From NCBI GenBank assembly GCA_041658125.1, contig JBBAAS010000001.1, forward strand, positions 15,917-79,916: a stretch of DNA of 64,000 nucleotides, in the 5' to 3' direction. The notes under the pieces are model-generated. The model was given only the letters and a program-made list of their open reading frames with translations. It had not been told where the DNA came from and searched no databases. The translations under genes were made by a program, and so were the position numbers. The stretch is from Candidatus Shapirobacteria bacterium. Its GTDB lineage: Bacteria > Patescibacteriota > Microgenomatia > UBA12405. This document shows, one piece after another, positions 9,189 to 18,703 of this stretch (position 1 is the first letter of the stretch; every line of letters begins with the position of its first letter).

Positions 9189-10292
9189 TCAACCGAAATC
9201 ATTAAAAACTTTGATGACTGACAAAGCAGTGTTTTCCCAGGTATATTTTTGGGCGTTTTTAAGCCCGGTTTCTGATAGTTTTTGGCGAATTGAAGCTGAT
9301 TGGATTTTAACTAAAGCGTCGGTTAACTCTGATTGTGTTAAAGGATCGATTAAAATGGCCGATTGTTTGAGAATTTCCTGAAGGGGTGGAATATTGCTGG
9401 CGATAACCGGAGTGCCGATTTTTTGAGCTTCGATGGCGGGAATACCAAAACCTTCATATAGGCTGGGAAGAAGGAGGCAAGTGGCATTTTTTAATAAAAT
9501 CCATTTTTCAGTTTCACTGATAAAGTCGGTAAAAATAATGGAATCTTGAAGTTTAAGCGAAGTAATGAGCTGAAAAATGCTGTCAAAAAGCCAGCCTTTT
9601 TTACCGGCGATAACTAAGGGAATAGATTCTTTGGTAGATTGTCGGAATTGGGAATAAGCCTGAATGAGGAAAGGAAGATTTTTGTTGGGCTTAAGGGTGC
9701 CAAGATAAAGAAAAAAGTTTGAATTTTTGATGCCAAATTTTAAAAGAGTGGCAGTAGAAGTTGAGGATGAAATGACAGGTGGGTTGTCGACGCCATTGTA
9801 GGCGACACTAATATTCTCCGGATCAAGATGATAGATTTTTTGGAGTTCGGATTTGGTAAATTCGGAAACAGCGATGACGCGGGAAGCCTTTTTCAGAGAA
9901 CTTTGGGTCCAGTGGGTTAATTGGTAAAAATCTTTTTTAGTAAACTGCTTTGGAGACTGAAGATAACCAAGATCATGGATGGTAGGAATAGTGGGGCAAG
10001 GAGAAAATGATGGAGAATAATGGCTAAGTGAGAAAAAAAGAGAAGGCTTAGGACCAAAAAAAAGATGTAAAGGCAGGGCAAAACGGGTCCAAAACTTTTC
10101 CGGGCCAAAAACCTGATATTGCCAGTTTGGGGATGGAGTTGGAAGGTCAGGAAGAGGAGATTTTTTTAGATAGATAGTATAGTGGTTTTTGGAGTCAAGG
10201 CGATTTAGATTAACAAGCAAGTGGTAAGCGTACTGGTTGACGCCGACCCGGTTTTTAACATTGGCTTCGTTACCGTCAATTCCGATGAGCAT
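9189..10292 (-). CDS. Glycosyltransferase family 4 (GT-B)
   Basis: The track ORF runs to 10427. The likely true start is the internal Met (MLIGIDGNEANVKNRVGVNQY) at ~10292. The 45-aa N-terminal extension overlaps the upstream gene. C-terminal LLLPSLYEGFGIPAIEAQKIGTPVIASN. Confidence 0.8.
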   Translation of the reverse strand: MLIGIDGNEANVKNRVGVNQYAYHLLVNLNRLDSKNHYTIYLKKSPLPDLPTPSPNWQYQVFGPEKFWTRFALPLHLFFGPKPSLFFSLSHYSPSFSPCPTIPTIHDLGYLQSPKQFTKKDFYQLTHWTQSSLKKASRVIAVSEFTKSELQKIYHLDPENISVAYNGVDNPPVISSSTSTATLLKFGIKNSNFFLYLGTLKPNKNLPFLIQAYSQFRQSTKESIPLVIAGKKGWLFDSIFQLITSLKLQDSIIFTDFISETEKWILLKNATCLLLPSLYEGFGIPAIEAQKIGTPVIASNIPPLQEILKQSAILIDPLTQSELTDALVKIQSASIRQKLSETGLKNAQKYTWENTALSVIKVFNDFG

Positions 10293-11436
10293 AGGTATTT
10301 TCGTAAACTTTAAGAGTTTGTTCTGCAGTAATAATCCAGGAATATTTTTTGGCTTGGAGCAGTTCTTTTTGAGAAAGCGCTTGGCGAAAAGACGAAGATT
10401 TGTATATTTTTTCAATAGCACCGGCAATTTCCTGAGGGTTATTTGGGTTGACTAAAATGGCCGAATTACCGACAATTTCAGGCATCGAGGAACAGTTACT
10501 GGTGATAATCGGAAGGCCAAGCTTCATCGCTTTGACCAGGGGTAAGCCAAAACCTTCGTAAAGTGACGGATAAGCTAAACAAACTGCCCCGGCGTTGAGG
10601 GTAACCATATCTTTTTCCGGGATAAAGCCAAGGATTTTGACCGAATGGTTTTGAGGGGGAACATCTTTGCCCCAGCCATATTTTCCGGCGATGGCCAAAA
10701 GATATTTGGAGGTAGGGTATTTTTGTTTAAAAAGAAGGAAGCCTTCAATAAGCCGGGTAAGGTTTTTACGCGGTTCGCGGGTACCTTGGGCCAAAATATA
10801 TTTATCCAAATCGTAAATTTTTTTAATGTGATTAATTTTTGACTGACGGACAGAAAGGGGTAGTCGGTGAAATTTTTCATATTTATCTTCGGCGGCTTCA
10901 TAAATAACAGTTATTTTTTGATCGGAAATGGCAGGGAAAAGTTTTTTAAAATCGGATTTAGTATTTTGAGAGATACAGATGAAGTGGAAACAATGTTTTA
11001 GGGATTGAGACATTTTTAAAAGATGGGTGCGAATTATTTTGGGACTCGACCACTTCGGATAAAGAAAAGGGACTAAGTCGTGAATAGTAGTGACTGTTTT
11101 AGCATGAATTGTCGGCGGTTGAGTCCAATCAGAAGCATGGAAAACGTCGCATTTGCCGATAAAAAATTCGATAGGAACGATGTGAAGCCGGTTCCATAGC
11201 CAATGAAGAAAAGTGAGGGGAAGACGGTAATGATAGATTTTGACATGAGGATACTTTCCCAGAAGTTTAATTTCCGATGGTAGGGGTAATCGAAGAGAGG
11301 AAAAAAAGAGTTTGTAGGTATTGGTTTTGTCGAGCTTAACCAGGTTTCTGGCCAGATTAAGAGTGTAATTACTAACTCCGGTGCCGTAAGGGATGGAAGA
11401 GACGTCAATGCCGATAATCATGGTTAATTTTAACAA
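10276..11436 (-). CDS. Glycosyltransferase family 4 (GT-B)
   Basis: 386 aa. MIIGIDVSSIPYGTGVSNYTLNLARNL ... CLAYPSLYEGFGLPLVKAMKLGLPIITSN. Adjacent paralog of 9189..10292. The start may be the second Met (~11421). Confidence 0.8.
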   Translation of the reverse strand: MLKLTMIIGIDVSSIPYGTGVSNYTLNLARNLVKLDKTNTYKLFFSSLRLPLPSEIKLLGKYPHVKIYHYRLPLTFLHWLWNRLHIVPIEFFIGKCDVFHASDWTQPPTIHAKTVTTIHDLVPFLYPKWSSPKIIRTHLLKMSQSLKHCFHFICISQNTKSDFKKLFPAISDQKITVIYEAAEDKYEKFHRLPLSVRQSKINHIKKIYDLDKYILAQGTREPRKNLTRLIEGFLLFKQKYPTSKYLLAIAGKYGWGKDVPPQNHSVKILGFIPEKDMVTLNAGAVCLAYPSLYEGFGLPLVKAMKLGLPIITSNCSSMPEIVGNSAILVNPNNPQEIAGAIEKIYKSSSFRQALSQKELLQAKKYSWIITAEQTLKVYENTYAHRN

Positions 11437-12374
11437 GTTTTAGGGGTTTTTCGCTTACGCAACATTTTGGGGAGAAGTTTAAAGGTTTGATAGTAGGTAG
11501 AAAAAAAAGTGCCGGGAAGTTGACCAATCGGAGTGGCTTTGATTAGGCCGGATAAATTGCGAAGGCGCTCTTCGGTGAGGGAAAAGAAATTTTGGCAAAA
11601 TTCTTTTTTTGAATAGTTTTTAGCGATTAACCAAATCCAGTTTTTAACATCCATCCGTTGGCGGAAATTGCCCATTTTGTTACTGGTAGCGCCGCCAAGA
11701 TGGTAGGAAATTGCCTTCGGAATATAGAGAGTTTTGAAATGATGTTTTTGCAGGCGCAAAGACAAGTCGACGTCTTCTTCGTAGGCGAAGAAATCGGGAT
11801 CGAAGTTGCCTATTTTTAAAACAGTATCGCGATGGTAAACAGCAATGGCGGCAGAAGTGCCCCAAATGATTTTTGGTTTGAGATTTTGGATAGATGACCT
11901 GTCAAACGTTATATTATTGCTGATATTTTGACATTTGCCGCGATAGTCAAACTTTAAACCCTGGCTTTCAAATTTTGAGCCGTCGTGGTTGAGAATGGTG
12001 CCGCAATAAACACTAGCAGTAGGGTGTTGAGCCATATTTTTGACAATGAGAGGAAACCAGTCGGGCTTTAAGGTAATGTCGTTATTGACGATAACCGTCC
12101 ACTCGTATTTTGATTTTTCGATACCTTCGGCGAAGGCCGGAGCAACGCCGGTATTTTCCTGATGGAGGATAATTTTTGTTTCCAGGTTTTCTGTAGGCTG
12201 AACAAGTTCTTGAAAAATGTCAAGACTGTCATCGGTTGAACCATTGTCAATAAGAATAATTTGAAATTTGGAATTTTTGATTTTAGAGATGGAGGCCAAA
12301 AGAGAAGGTAAACATTTTTGAAGATATTGACTGCCGTTTAGGTTGGGAATAGCCAGGGAAAAATTGGGGGTCAT
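11430..12374 (-). CDS. Glycosyltransferase family 2 (GT-A)
   Basis: 314 aa. FSLAIPNLNGSQYLQKCLPSL ... QIILIDNGSTDDS. Confidence 0.8.
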   Translation of the reverse strand: MTPNFSLAIPNLNGSQYLQKCLPSLLASISKIKNSKFQIILIDNGSTDDSLDIFQELVQPTENLETKIILHQENTGVAPAFAEGIEKSKYEWTVIVNNDITLKPDWFPLIVKNMAQHPTASVYCGTILNHDGSKFESQGLKFDYRGKCQNISNNITFDRSSIQNLKPKIIWGTSAAIAVYHRDTVLKIGNFDPDFFAYEEDVDLSLRLQKHHFKTLYIPKAISYHLGGATSNKMGNFRQRMDVKNWIWLIAKNYSKKEFCQNFFSLTEERLRNLSGLIKATPIGQLPGTFFSTYYQTFKLLPKMLRKRKTPKTC

Positions 12375-12829
12375 AAACTTTTGGGTAAAGTGACAATATC
12401 GCCGACTTGAAGCTTAATATTAGCGGCAGTATTGGCATTTAGCTCGATAACGTACTTCGCCGGAGTGGAATTTTTATAGTTTTTTAATTGAGTGATTGGG
12501 GTATTAGGTTGCGGACTTGCAGTTTGGATAGAGACAACTTGGCCTTGAGAGTTGAGCCAAATTAAATCCAAAGGGATAAGAGTATCTTTCATCCAAAAAG
12601 GGAGAATTGATTCACCAGAAAAGACGAAAATCATGCCGCAATTTTGGCAAAGAGAAGAGCGACCGGATAAGCCCTGGGTTCTTTGAGAGATAGTTTTGGC
12701 GATTTCCAAATCAAATTTTTGACCGTTAAAATTAACGGAAGTGTGAGTGGGGTTTTCGGTTAAAAAAAATAACCGACAGAATAGAAATATTAGAATTAGT
12801 GTCAGGGCGAAAAGCCAAATTTTTAGCAT
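12371..12829 (-). CDS. DUF192 (COG1430) family secreted protein
   Basis: 152 aa. N-terminal signal/TM, then GLSGRS ... MIFVF ... FWMKDTLIPLDLIWLNSQGQVV, characteristic of DUF192. Confidence 0.55.
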   Translation of the reverse strand: MLKIWLFALTLILIFLFCRLFFLTENPTHTSVNFNGQKFDLEIAKTISQRTQGLSGRSSLCQNCGMIFVFSGESILPFWMKDTLIPLDLIWLNSQGQVVSIQTASPQPNTPITQLKNYKNSTPAKYVIELNANTAANIKLQVGDIVTLPKSL

Positions 12830-12871
12830 AAGTTATCCCCTATTCTATCTTATTTAGGATATGATAAAAGC

Positions 12872-13795
12872 GTGAAAGTGATAAAAAATATTTTGGCGTC
12901 AAAAATTTTTAGATTAGTTTTATCGGGAAGTTTATTGTATCTGGCTTTCAGAAAGGTTGATATTTTGATGCTTTTAAGAGAATTGGCAAAAGTTGATTGG
13001 TGGTTTTTGGTGATTCAAATGATTTTATTTATAGTGTTGATGATTTTGGGGGCATGGCGTTGGGCAAGACTAGTTTTAAAAAAAATTAGTTTTTGGGATT
13101 TGGTAAATTTTTTGAAGTCGGCATACTTGGGTGTTTTTTATGGAATTTTTTTATCAACACCGACGGCGGGAGATGTGCTTAAGTGGACGATTTTAGAGAA
13201 AAAATATCCCAACTTGACCAAGACAAAACTCTTAGGGTCAGTAGCAATAGACAAGATGGTTGGTTTTTTTACTTTTATCGGATTGGCACTGACAGCGTCT
13301 TTGGTTGGATGGTTGGTAGGCTTGAATTTTCCAAATTATCTAAGGCTAATGTTTGGAGGCTTGTTTTTTGGAGTAATGGTTTTTTATGGATTGGCAATGA
13401 GGTTACCGATAGACCTGTGGTTAGGGAAAAACAAATGGTTGGACAAGATAATAGAGGTGGCAAAGATGTTTAGAGAGGTTGAGGGAAAAAGGTTAGTCGG
13501 ATGCTTATTGATTTCGATAATTTGCGAACTTATTTGGATAGGGCAGATATATTTGAGCAGTGTATATTTCGGGGCAAATTTTGGACTGATAAGAGCATTC
13601 GCCTATCTTCCGGCAATTTATTTGATACTGGTTTTGCCGATATCGGTAGCCGGTTTTGGCGCCAGAGAACACCTTTATCTTTTATTTTTTGGCGGCTTGG
13701 CCAGCGAGGAAAAAATATTGCTGGTATCGACGTTTACAGGACTGGTGGGAATTGTTAATGCTCTGATGGGCGGGTTGGTTTTGATGTTAAAATAA
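12872..13795 (+). CDS. UPF0104/LPG_synthase_TM-like membrane protein (flippase-like; often partners GT2 enzymes)
   Basis: 307 aa, ~8 TM. LLYLAFRKVDILMLLRELAKVDWWFLVIQMILFIVLMILGAWRWARLV matches the lysyl-PG-synthase TM-region architecture. Confidence 0.55.
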   Translation: MKVIKNILASKIFRLVLSGSLLYLAFRKVDILMLLRELAKVDWWFLVIQMILFIVLMILGAWRWARLVLKKISFWDLVNFLKSAYLGVFYGIFLSTPTAGDVLKWTILEKKYPNLTKTKLLGSVAIDKMVGFFTFIGLALTASLVGWLVGLNFPNYLRLMFGGLFFGVMVFYGLAMRLPIDLWLGKNKWLDKIIEVAKMFREVEGKRLVGCLLISIICELIWIGQIYLSSVYFGANFGLIRAFAYLPAIYLILVLPISVAGFGAREHLYLLFFGGLASEEKILLVSTFTGLVGIVNALMGGLVLMLK

Positions 13796-13799
13796 ATTT

Positions 13800-14804
13800 A
13801 TGATTTTAGTAACAGGGGGAGCGGGTTATATCGGATCGCATGCGGTGAAGTTGCTGTTAGATCAGGGATATGAAGTAGCCGTAATAGATAACTTATTCAG
13901 AGGCTATAGACAAGCCATAGAAACTCTACAAAATAAGTACGGCAAAGAAAAACTAGTTTTTTATGAGGTTGATTTGTTGGATAAAAAGACACTGGATGAA
14001 GCCATGGCCAAAATTAAGCCGGAAGGGGTAATGCATTTTGCGGCTTTTTGTTTAGTAAATGAATCAATAGAAAATCCGGAGATTTATTTTGAAAATAATG
14101 TTTTTGGCAGTTTGAATTTGTTGGAGACAATGAAAAAACATGAAATAAAAAATTTGGTATTTTCTTCAACCTGTGCAGTTTACGGGGAAAGCAAATATTT
14201 ACCGATGGATGAAAAACATCCACTTTCTCCAATTAATCCTTACGGTGAATCAAAACTAATGGTGGAAAAAATAATTAGTTGGTTTGAAAAGGTCTATGGT
14301 TTAAGGTCAATTATTTTTAGATATTTTAATGTATCCGGGGCAAGCGATGATGGAATGATCGGAGACTCTAAAAAACCGTCCCAACTTTTAATCCAAAATG
14401 TGGTGAGGGGAGCGTTGGGAATAGAGCCTTTTAAGCTGACTTGTCCCAAGGTGGAAACGGCTGACGGGACACCAATCCGCGATTATGTTGATGTTGGAGA
14501 TTTAGTAAGAGCTCATGTGGCGGCGATGGATTATTTAAAAAATGGTGGCGGAAGTGAGGTTATTAATTTGGGGACGGGGAAAGGAAGTTCGGTGTTGGAG
14601 ATTGTGGAGATGGTCAAAAAAATTACCGGTAAAAGTTTTTTAGTAGAACCGGGTGAAGCCCGAAAGGGCGAATGGGCGGAAGTTTATGCGGATATTAGTA
14701 AGGCAAAAAGAATATTGGATTGGGAACCAAAACGAACAATTAAAGACAGCGTTGAGACATTGGTTAAGTGGTATACGAATCATCCACAGGGATGGGAATA
14801 TTAA
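13800..14804 (+). CDS. galE: UDP-glucose 4-epimerase (NAD-dependent epimerase/SDR, GalE-like)
   Basis: 334 aa. MILVTGGAGYIGSH Rossmann motif, catalytic NPYGESK (YxxxK), STCAVYG. Sequence resembles GalE throughout. Confidence 0.85.
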   Translation: MILVTGGAGYIGSHAVKLLLDQGYEVAVIDNLFRGYRQAIETLQNKYGKEKLVFYEVDLLDKKTLDEAMAKIKPEGVMHFAAFCLVNESIENPEIYFENNVFGSLNLLETMKKHEIKNLVFSSTCAVYGESKYLPMDEKHPLSPINPYGESKLMVEKIISWFEKVYGLRSIIFRYFNVSGASDDGMIGDSKKPSQLLIQNVVRGALGIEPFKLTCPKVETADGTPIRDYVDVGDLVRAHVAAMDYLKNGGGSEVINLGTGKGSSVLEIVEMVKKITGKSFLVEPGEARKGEWAEVYADISKAKRILDWEPKRTIKDSVETLVKWYTNHPQGWEY

Positions 14805-15886
14805 GGCTCTTACTGGCATTGTCGGTAGTTGCAGTTCATAGCCAGTCGATATTGGGGATAAATTTGGTGGGAGGGCAGACGGCAGTTCAGGTGTTTTATA
14901 TGATTTCCGGCTTTTATATGGCTTTAGTATTGATGGAAAAATATGGATTTAGCAAAGGGTCCTACAAATTGTTTTTAGGGAACAGATTTTTAAAATTATA
15001 TCCGATTTATTGGATCAATTTATTGATAGTTTTATTGATTTCGATTGGCGGATTGGTAATAGTGAAAAATGGTTACCACTTCACTTGGTATATCGAGTAT
15101 GTCAGTAAAATGAAATTGGGAACCCTGCTTTTTTTTGTGGTTACCAATTTGGTAATTTTTGGGCAGGATTTGGTGATGTTTTTGCAATTGGATAAACTTG
15201 GCAACTTAATACCGGCGGTAAATTTTCGGCTGACCGATCCCCCACTATATCGATTTTTGTTTGTCGAACAGGCGTGGACAATTGCTTTGGAAATGACGTT
15301 TTATCTGTTAGCGCCATTTTTAGTTAAGCAAAAGACGAAGTGGCTAATGCTTTTGATCGGTTTAAGTTTTGGTTTGAGAATAATTTTGTATAAAATTGGA
15401 TTTAATAATGATCCGTGGAAGTATCGGTTCTTTCCATTGGAATTGGGAATGTTTTTGGTGGGAGTAATGGGGTACCGGATTTATGGGCGATTAAAAAACA
15501 GAACAATACCCGAGTGGTTTTTGAGAGTGGTTTATGGGGTGGTAATATTGGCGACTTTTATTTATCCGCTAATCCAAAGAGACGGGTCAAAAATGTGGGG
15601 GTATTATTTATTGGTAGTTATTTCTTTACCGTTTATTTTCAGGTTATTTAAAAATAATAAAATAGACCGATTTATCGGAGAGTTGTCATATCCGGTGTAT
15701 TTGTGCCATTTTTGGGTGGCGTTTGTGATTATGGATTTGATAAAAATTAGAAATTGGAGCACCGGAATTTTAGTGGCTTTGGGATCAATCGGAGTGTCAC
15801 TTTTGATAGTTAAACTGGTAGTTGAACCGATAGATAAAATCAGGCAAAAACGAGTGGCGGGATCAGGGAATGGTTTTGCGAATTAG
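14768..15886 (+). CDS. Acyltransferase_3 family membrane O-acyltransferase (OafA/WecH-like)
   Basis: 372 aa polytopic. LRLLLALSVVAVHSQ ... FYMISGFYM. The start may be the internal MGILR (~14792). Overlaps the galE 3' end. Confidence 0.65.
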   Translation: MVYESSTGMGILRLLLALSVVAVHSQSILGINLVGGQTAVQVFYMISGFYMALVLMEKYGFSKGSYKLFLGNRFLKLYPIYWINLLIVLLISIGGLVIVKNGYHFTWYIEYVSKMKLGTLLFFVVTNLVIFGQDLVMFLQLDKLGNLIPAVNFRLTDPPLYRFLFVEQAWTIALEMTFYLLAPFLVKQKTKWLMLLIGLSFGLRIILYKIGFNNDPWKYRFFPLELGMFLVGVMGYRIYGRLKNRTIPEWFLRVVYGVVILATFIYPLIQRDGSKMWGYYLLVVISLPFIFRLFKNNKIDRFIGELSYPVYLCHFWVAFVIMDLIKIRNWSTGILVALGSIGVSLLIVKLVVEPIDKIRQKRVAGSGNGFAN

Positions 15887-17278
15887 AACCAGATAAAAAT
15901 TGTTCTGACAGGGAAAGGTTCTGACGGTTTGATGCGAGCCCAAAAGACTTAATTCATAGTAGTTGGTATTTTGATCAAAGGTACTTTGGTCAACGACAAC
16001 GGTCATGTACTCCGCTTGGCCATTTTGAGTTTCGATATCTTTAATATTACAACCGGCTTTTTTGAGGAGAAAACGATGTTCGGGTCCGTTATGAAACGGG
16101 TGGAGGCTTGATTGAACGGAGACGAAAGTTGGTTCCTTAAATGAGTCGCAGTAGTTTCTGAAACATTGTTCCATTTGGGTGGTAGTGCGGGAGGCGGTCG
16201 TAAAATATTGCTTTAGCCTGGTTGGTTGTAGATAATTTAAACTAAAAAATACAAGGCTTAGAACGGTAACAAGAGGCCGAAGACCGGCAATAATCACGAA
16301 AAGTAGTGAGGTAAAGGCGAAAATATAATGGGCTTGAATAGTGATTGGGGTAACAAAGGCCAGTATGGTGATACCTAAATACAGAAAAGAGGCGACGAAT
16401 TGTAAATTTTTCCTTTTTTGTCTATTTTTATAGAGTAAAAAAAGACAGAGTAAAATGCTGGCGATAAAGAGGGAAATATTCAGTGTTTGATTGGAGAAAG
16501 AGAAAACGTATTGTGACAGATTATTCAGACGATCGACGAAAGCCAAGTCTTTTTGAGGAGGTGAGTTTTTGGTCAAGAGAGCGGTGGTAAGAAAAAAGCG
16601 ATGACGAAGTTCAAAAAAAATCGTTGGTAGATTAATTAAGGCCAGAGCGCCAAAGAGTGATAAGGCTATCGCTTTAAAATTGGAACGAGAAAATAAAAGC
16701 CAATATAAGGCAAAAATAATTAGAAGTGGGGCGACGGAATAAGAAATGGAGATGGCGGTGGCAATACCGGCAGAAAAAAGGATAGTTTTTGGGATCGAGA
16801 ATTTTTTTAATAAAAGATAAAAAGAAATAATGGAGATAATCAAGAATGGGGTGACAAATGATGGATTCCAAACGTAACGACCTTGAATAATGTATTGGGG
16901 ATGAATGGAGATGAAGAAAAAAGCGATCAATAAAACCTTGGTTAAAGGCTTATCTTTTCTTAGTAAATAAAGACCTAAGAGAAAAGAAAAAAGATAGATA
17001 AAAGCGAGAGTATAAACCAAAGAAATCGGGTTACCTTTAGAAAGGAGAAAGCCGGGGTAAAGTAGATAAAAATAAATAGCAGATTGGTTAAAGGGGAGAG
17101 CGCTAGTTTGGGGGCCGAGGAGTGGTGGTTTGCCTGTTTCTTGCCAAGTTTGTAGTACCATCATGTCCCGACCCATATCGTTGAAAAAGAAAAAAGAGTC
17201 GTTAATATTGTAGAAGCGGAGGAAAAGGAACAAAAATATTACGCCGATAATCGGTAATAAACGAAGGATTTTAGACAT
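15863..17278 (-). CDS. Polytopic membrane protein with C-terminal soluble domain, possible GT-C-like glycosyltransferase
   Basis: 471 aa. ~10 TM helices followed by a ~110-aa hydrophilic, Cys-containing C-terminal domain. The start codon shares one nucleotide with the stop of the AbiEii gene (TAATG). Confidence 0.4.
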   Translation of the reverse strand: MSKILRLLPIIGVIFLFLFLRFYNINDSFFFFNDMGRDMMVLQTWQETGKPPLLGPQTSALPFNQSAIYFYLLYPGFLLSKGNPISLVYTLAFIYLFSFLLGLYLLRKDKPLTKVLLIAFFFISIHPQYIIQGRYVWNPSFVTPFLIISIISFYLLLKKFSIPKTILFSAGIATAISISYSVAPLLIIFALYWLLFSRSNFKAIALSLFGALALINLPTIFFELRHRFFLTTALLTKNSPPQKDLAFVDRLNNLSQYVFSFSNQTLNISLFIASILLCLFLLYKNRQKRKNLQFVASFLYLGITILAFVTPITIQAHYIFAFTSLLFVIIAGLRPLVTVLSLVFFSLNYLQPTRLKQYFTTASRTTTQMEQCFRNYCDSFKEPTFVSVQSSLHPFHNGPEHRFLLKKAGCNIKDIETQNGQAEYMTVVVDQSTFDQNTNYYELSLLGSHQTVRTFPCQNNFYLVLIRKTIP

Positions 17279-18012
17279 TAGGTTAGCCTGGCAATTTCAT
17301 TATCTAAAAACATAAGAGTTTCCTCTTTTAGGGTTTTTCTGATTTTGTTATAAGTTTCAAACGGTAAAAGAGTATTTAAGTCCTGATCAATTAGGGTTTG
17401 AGTAATTTTTTCGTTTATAAAATGACGAAGGTAAACAAGATATCTTTTAACCGATAGTCCGGTTCTTTCAATTATTACGGCTTCACTGTATTTCAAATTT
17501 TTTAGAAAGAAGTAATGAATATCGTAGATATCCCGGCCGGCAATCGATTCTCTACGATCATACCGATCTTTGACGGCTACCATTTTGTTGGCAAAAATGC
17601 TTTTCTGGTCTTGACAGTTGACGGTACGGTTAATTTCCGGCAAAAATACCGGAGAATATCGGTTGGATTTGACGATAACATTAAGAGCGTCAATTTTTAA
17701 AGTGTTTCTTTGATTTGGGGAGTTAGGATATTTCAAAAAAAACTCTAAAGCTTTTTGGCTTTCCTGATATAAAATAAATCCAAGTTTGTCAAAAACTTTA
17801 TGAAACTCCGCTCTTAACTCTTTTTCATTTACCCCAGTCTTAAGGTCAAAATCAAGATCAACTGAAAACCGATCAAGAATGCCCATCATTGAGGCGCAGG
17901 TACCGCCCTTGAAATATAAAGAGTTTGATAAGGTAGAGTTATCGATGATTTCGGTTAGAGTGCGAAGTAGGTGAGCTTTATGAATGGTGTCGGTAGGTCT
18001 TAGGGTGATCAT
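17278..18012 (-). CDS. abiEii: AbiEii/DUF1814 nucleotidyltransferase toxin (type IV toxin-antitoxin)
   Basis: 244 aa. YFKGGTCASMMGILDRFSVDLDFD matches the AbiEii (DUF1814) GGTAL...RFSEDLDF core. Sits immediately downstream of, and overlapping (ATGA), an AbiEi-like gene. Confidence 0.65.
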   Translation of the reverse strand: MITLRPTDTIHKAHLLRTLTEIIDNSTLSNSLYFKGGTCASMMGILDRFSVDLDFDLKTGVNEKELRAEFHKVFDKLGFILYQESQKALEFFLKYPNSPNQRNTLKIDALNVIVKSNRYSPVFLPEINRTVNCQDQKSIFANKMVAVKDRYDRRESIAGRDIYDIHYFFLKNLKYSEAVIIERTGLSVKRYLVYLRHFINEKITQTLIDQDLNTLLPFETYNKIRKTLKEETLMFLDNEIARLT

Positions 18013-18551
18013 AAATAGCCAAGTTGTTGTTGATAATTCTTAACTAAAGTCCAGTCAATAACATTGTCGGCGTCAAAATGATAATTTTTTTGAAAATATA
18101 ACATATCGGCAATTGCCCGCTCGGTATTGGCCAAGAAAACACCTCTGTCGTTTTGAGTTATGCCAAGAGAATTGTTTAAACATTGAGGTTTTAACTGTCT
18201 GACTAAATAGGCATGGTCGTTAATGTTAAAGTTGGCGGGAGTACTGGAAATAAAAGTTATTTTTGCAGGCGATTGGTTAATAATCCCCTCTTTTGCTAAA
18301 ACCGATTCGGTACTTAAATAGCTAAAGTGATTTATGGCCCTAAAGCCTATTTCTACCGGATCCAGTTGACTTAACGGAATGGTGCTATAGAGTCCCTTTT
18401 GAACACTGATCAGTATCTCTTTTTTGATCAGTCGAGCAATGGTTTTATAGAGTGTGTTTTGATTCGAAATATTCCAGAGAACTTTTAAGTCTGAAGTGTG
18501 GAATAATTTTTGTGGTTGTTGGATTAATATACCGATTTTGTCTACAGTCAT
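18009..18551 (-). CDS. abiEi: AbiEi-family antitoxin/transcriptional regulator
   Basis: 180 aa. LISVQKGLYS ... SYLSTESVLAKEGII resembles the AbiEi N-terminal domain (rGvY ... sYiSleSAL). 4-bp overlap with the toxin gene. Confidence 0.6.
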   Translation of the reverse strand: MTVDKIGILIQQPQKLFHTSDLKVLWNISNQNTLYKTIARLIKKEILISVQKGLYSTIPLSQLDPVEIGFRAINHFSYLSTESVLAKEGIINQSPAKITFISSTPANFNINDHAYLVRQLKPQCLNNSLGITQNDRGVFLANTERAIADMLYFQKNYHFDADNVIDWTLVKNYQQQLGYL

Positions 18552-18590
18552 AGTTGTGTTATCTGGTACTAATATGTACAGGATAACATA

Positions 18591-18627
18591 ACTATTATGC
18601 TTGTCAAGAGGTCTTTCTATTATGCTT
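18591..18627. promoter_or_regulatory. Candidate operator: two copies of CTATTATGCTTG (direct repeat, 25-bp spacing) in the divergent abiEi / dehydrogenase promoter region
   Basis: Exact 12-mer at 18591-18602 and 18616-18627, directly upstream of the minus-strand abiEi start (18551). AbiEi antitoxins are known to autoregulate by binding paired repeats. Confidence 0.3.
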
Positions 18628-18703
18628 GAAATAGAAGAGAGTTGTTAACGCGGTAGAAACGAAGGAAAAGGGAAAGCAAACTAATGATAGAATTTGGAGA
18701 TTT

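Noticed and set aside
9189-10427. Full-length 412-aa track ORF as the true GT4 gene
   Set aside because: The first 45 aa (MPVLLKKYTNLRLFAKRFLKK...) are basic and low-complexity and overlap the upstream GT4 by ~150 bp. The conserved GT4 N-terminus begins at the internal MLIGIDGNEANV. The gene is called 9189..10292 instead.
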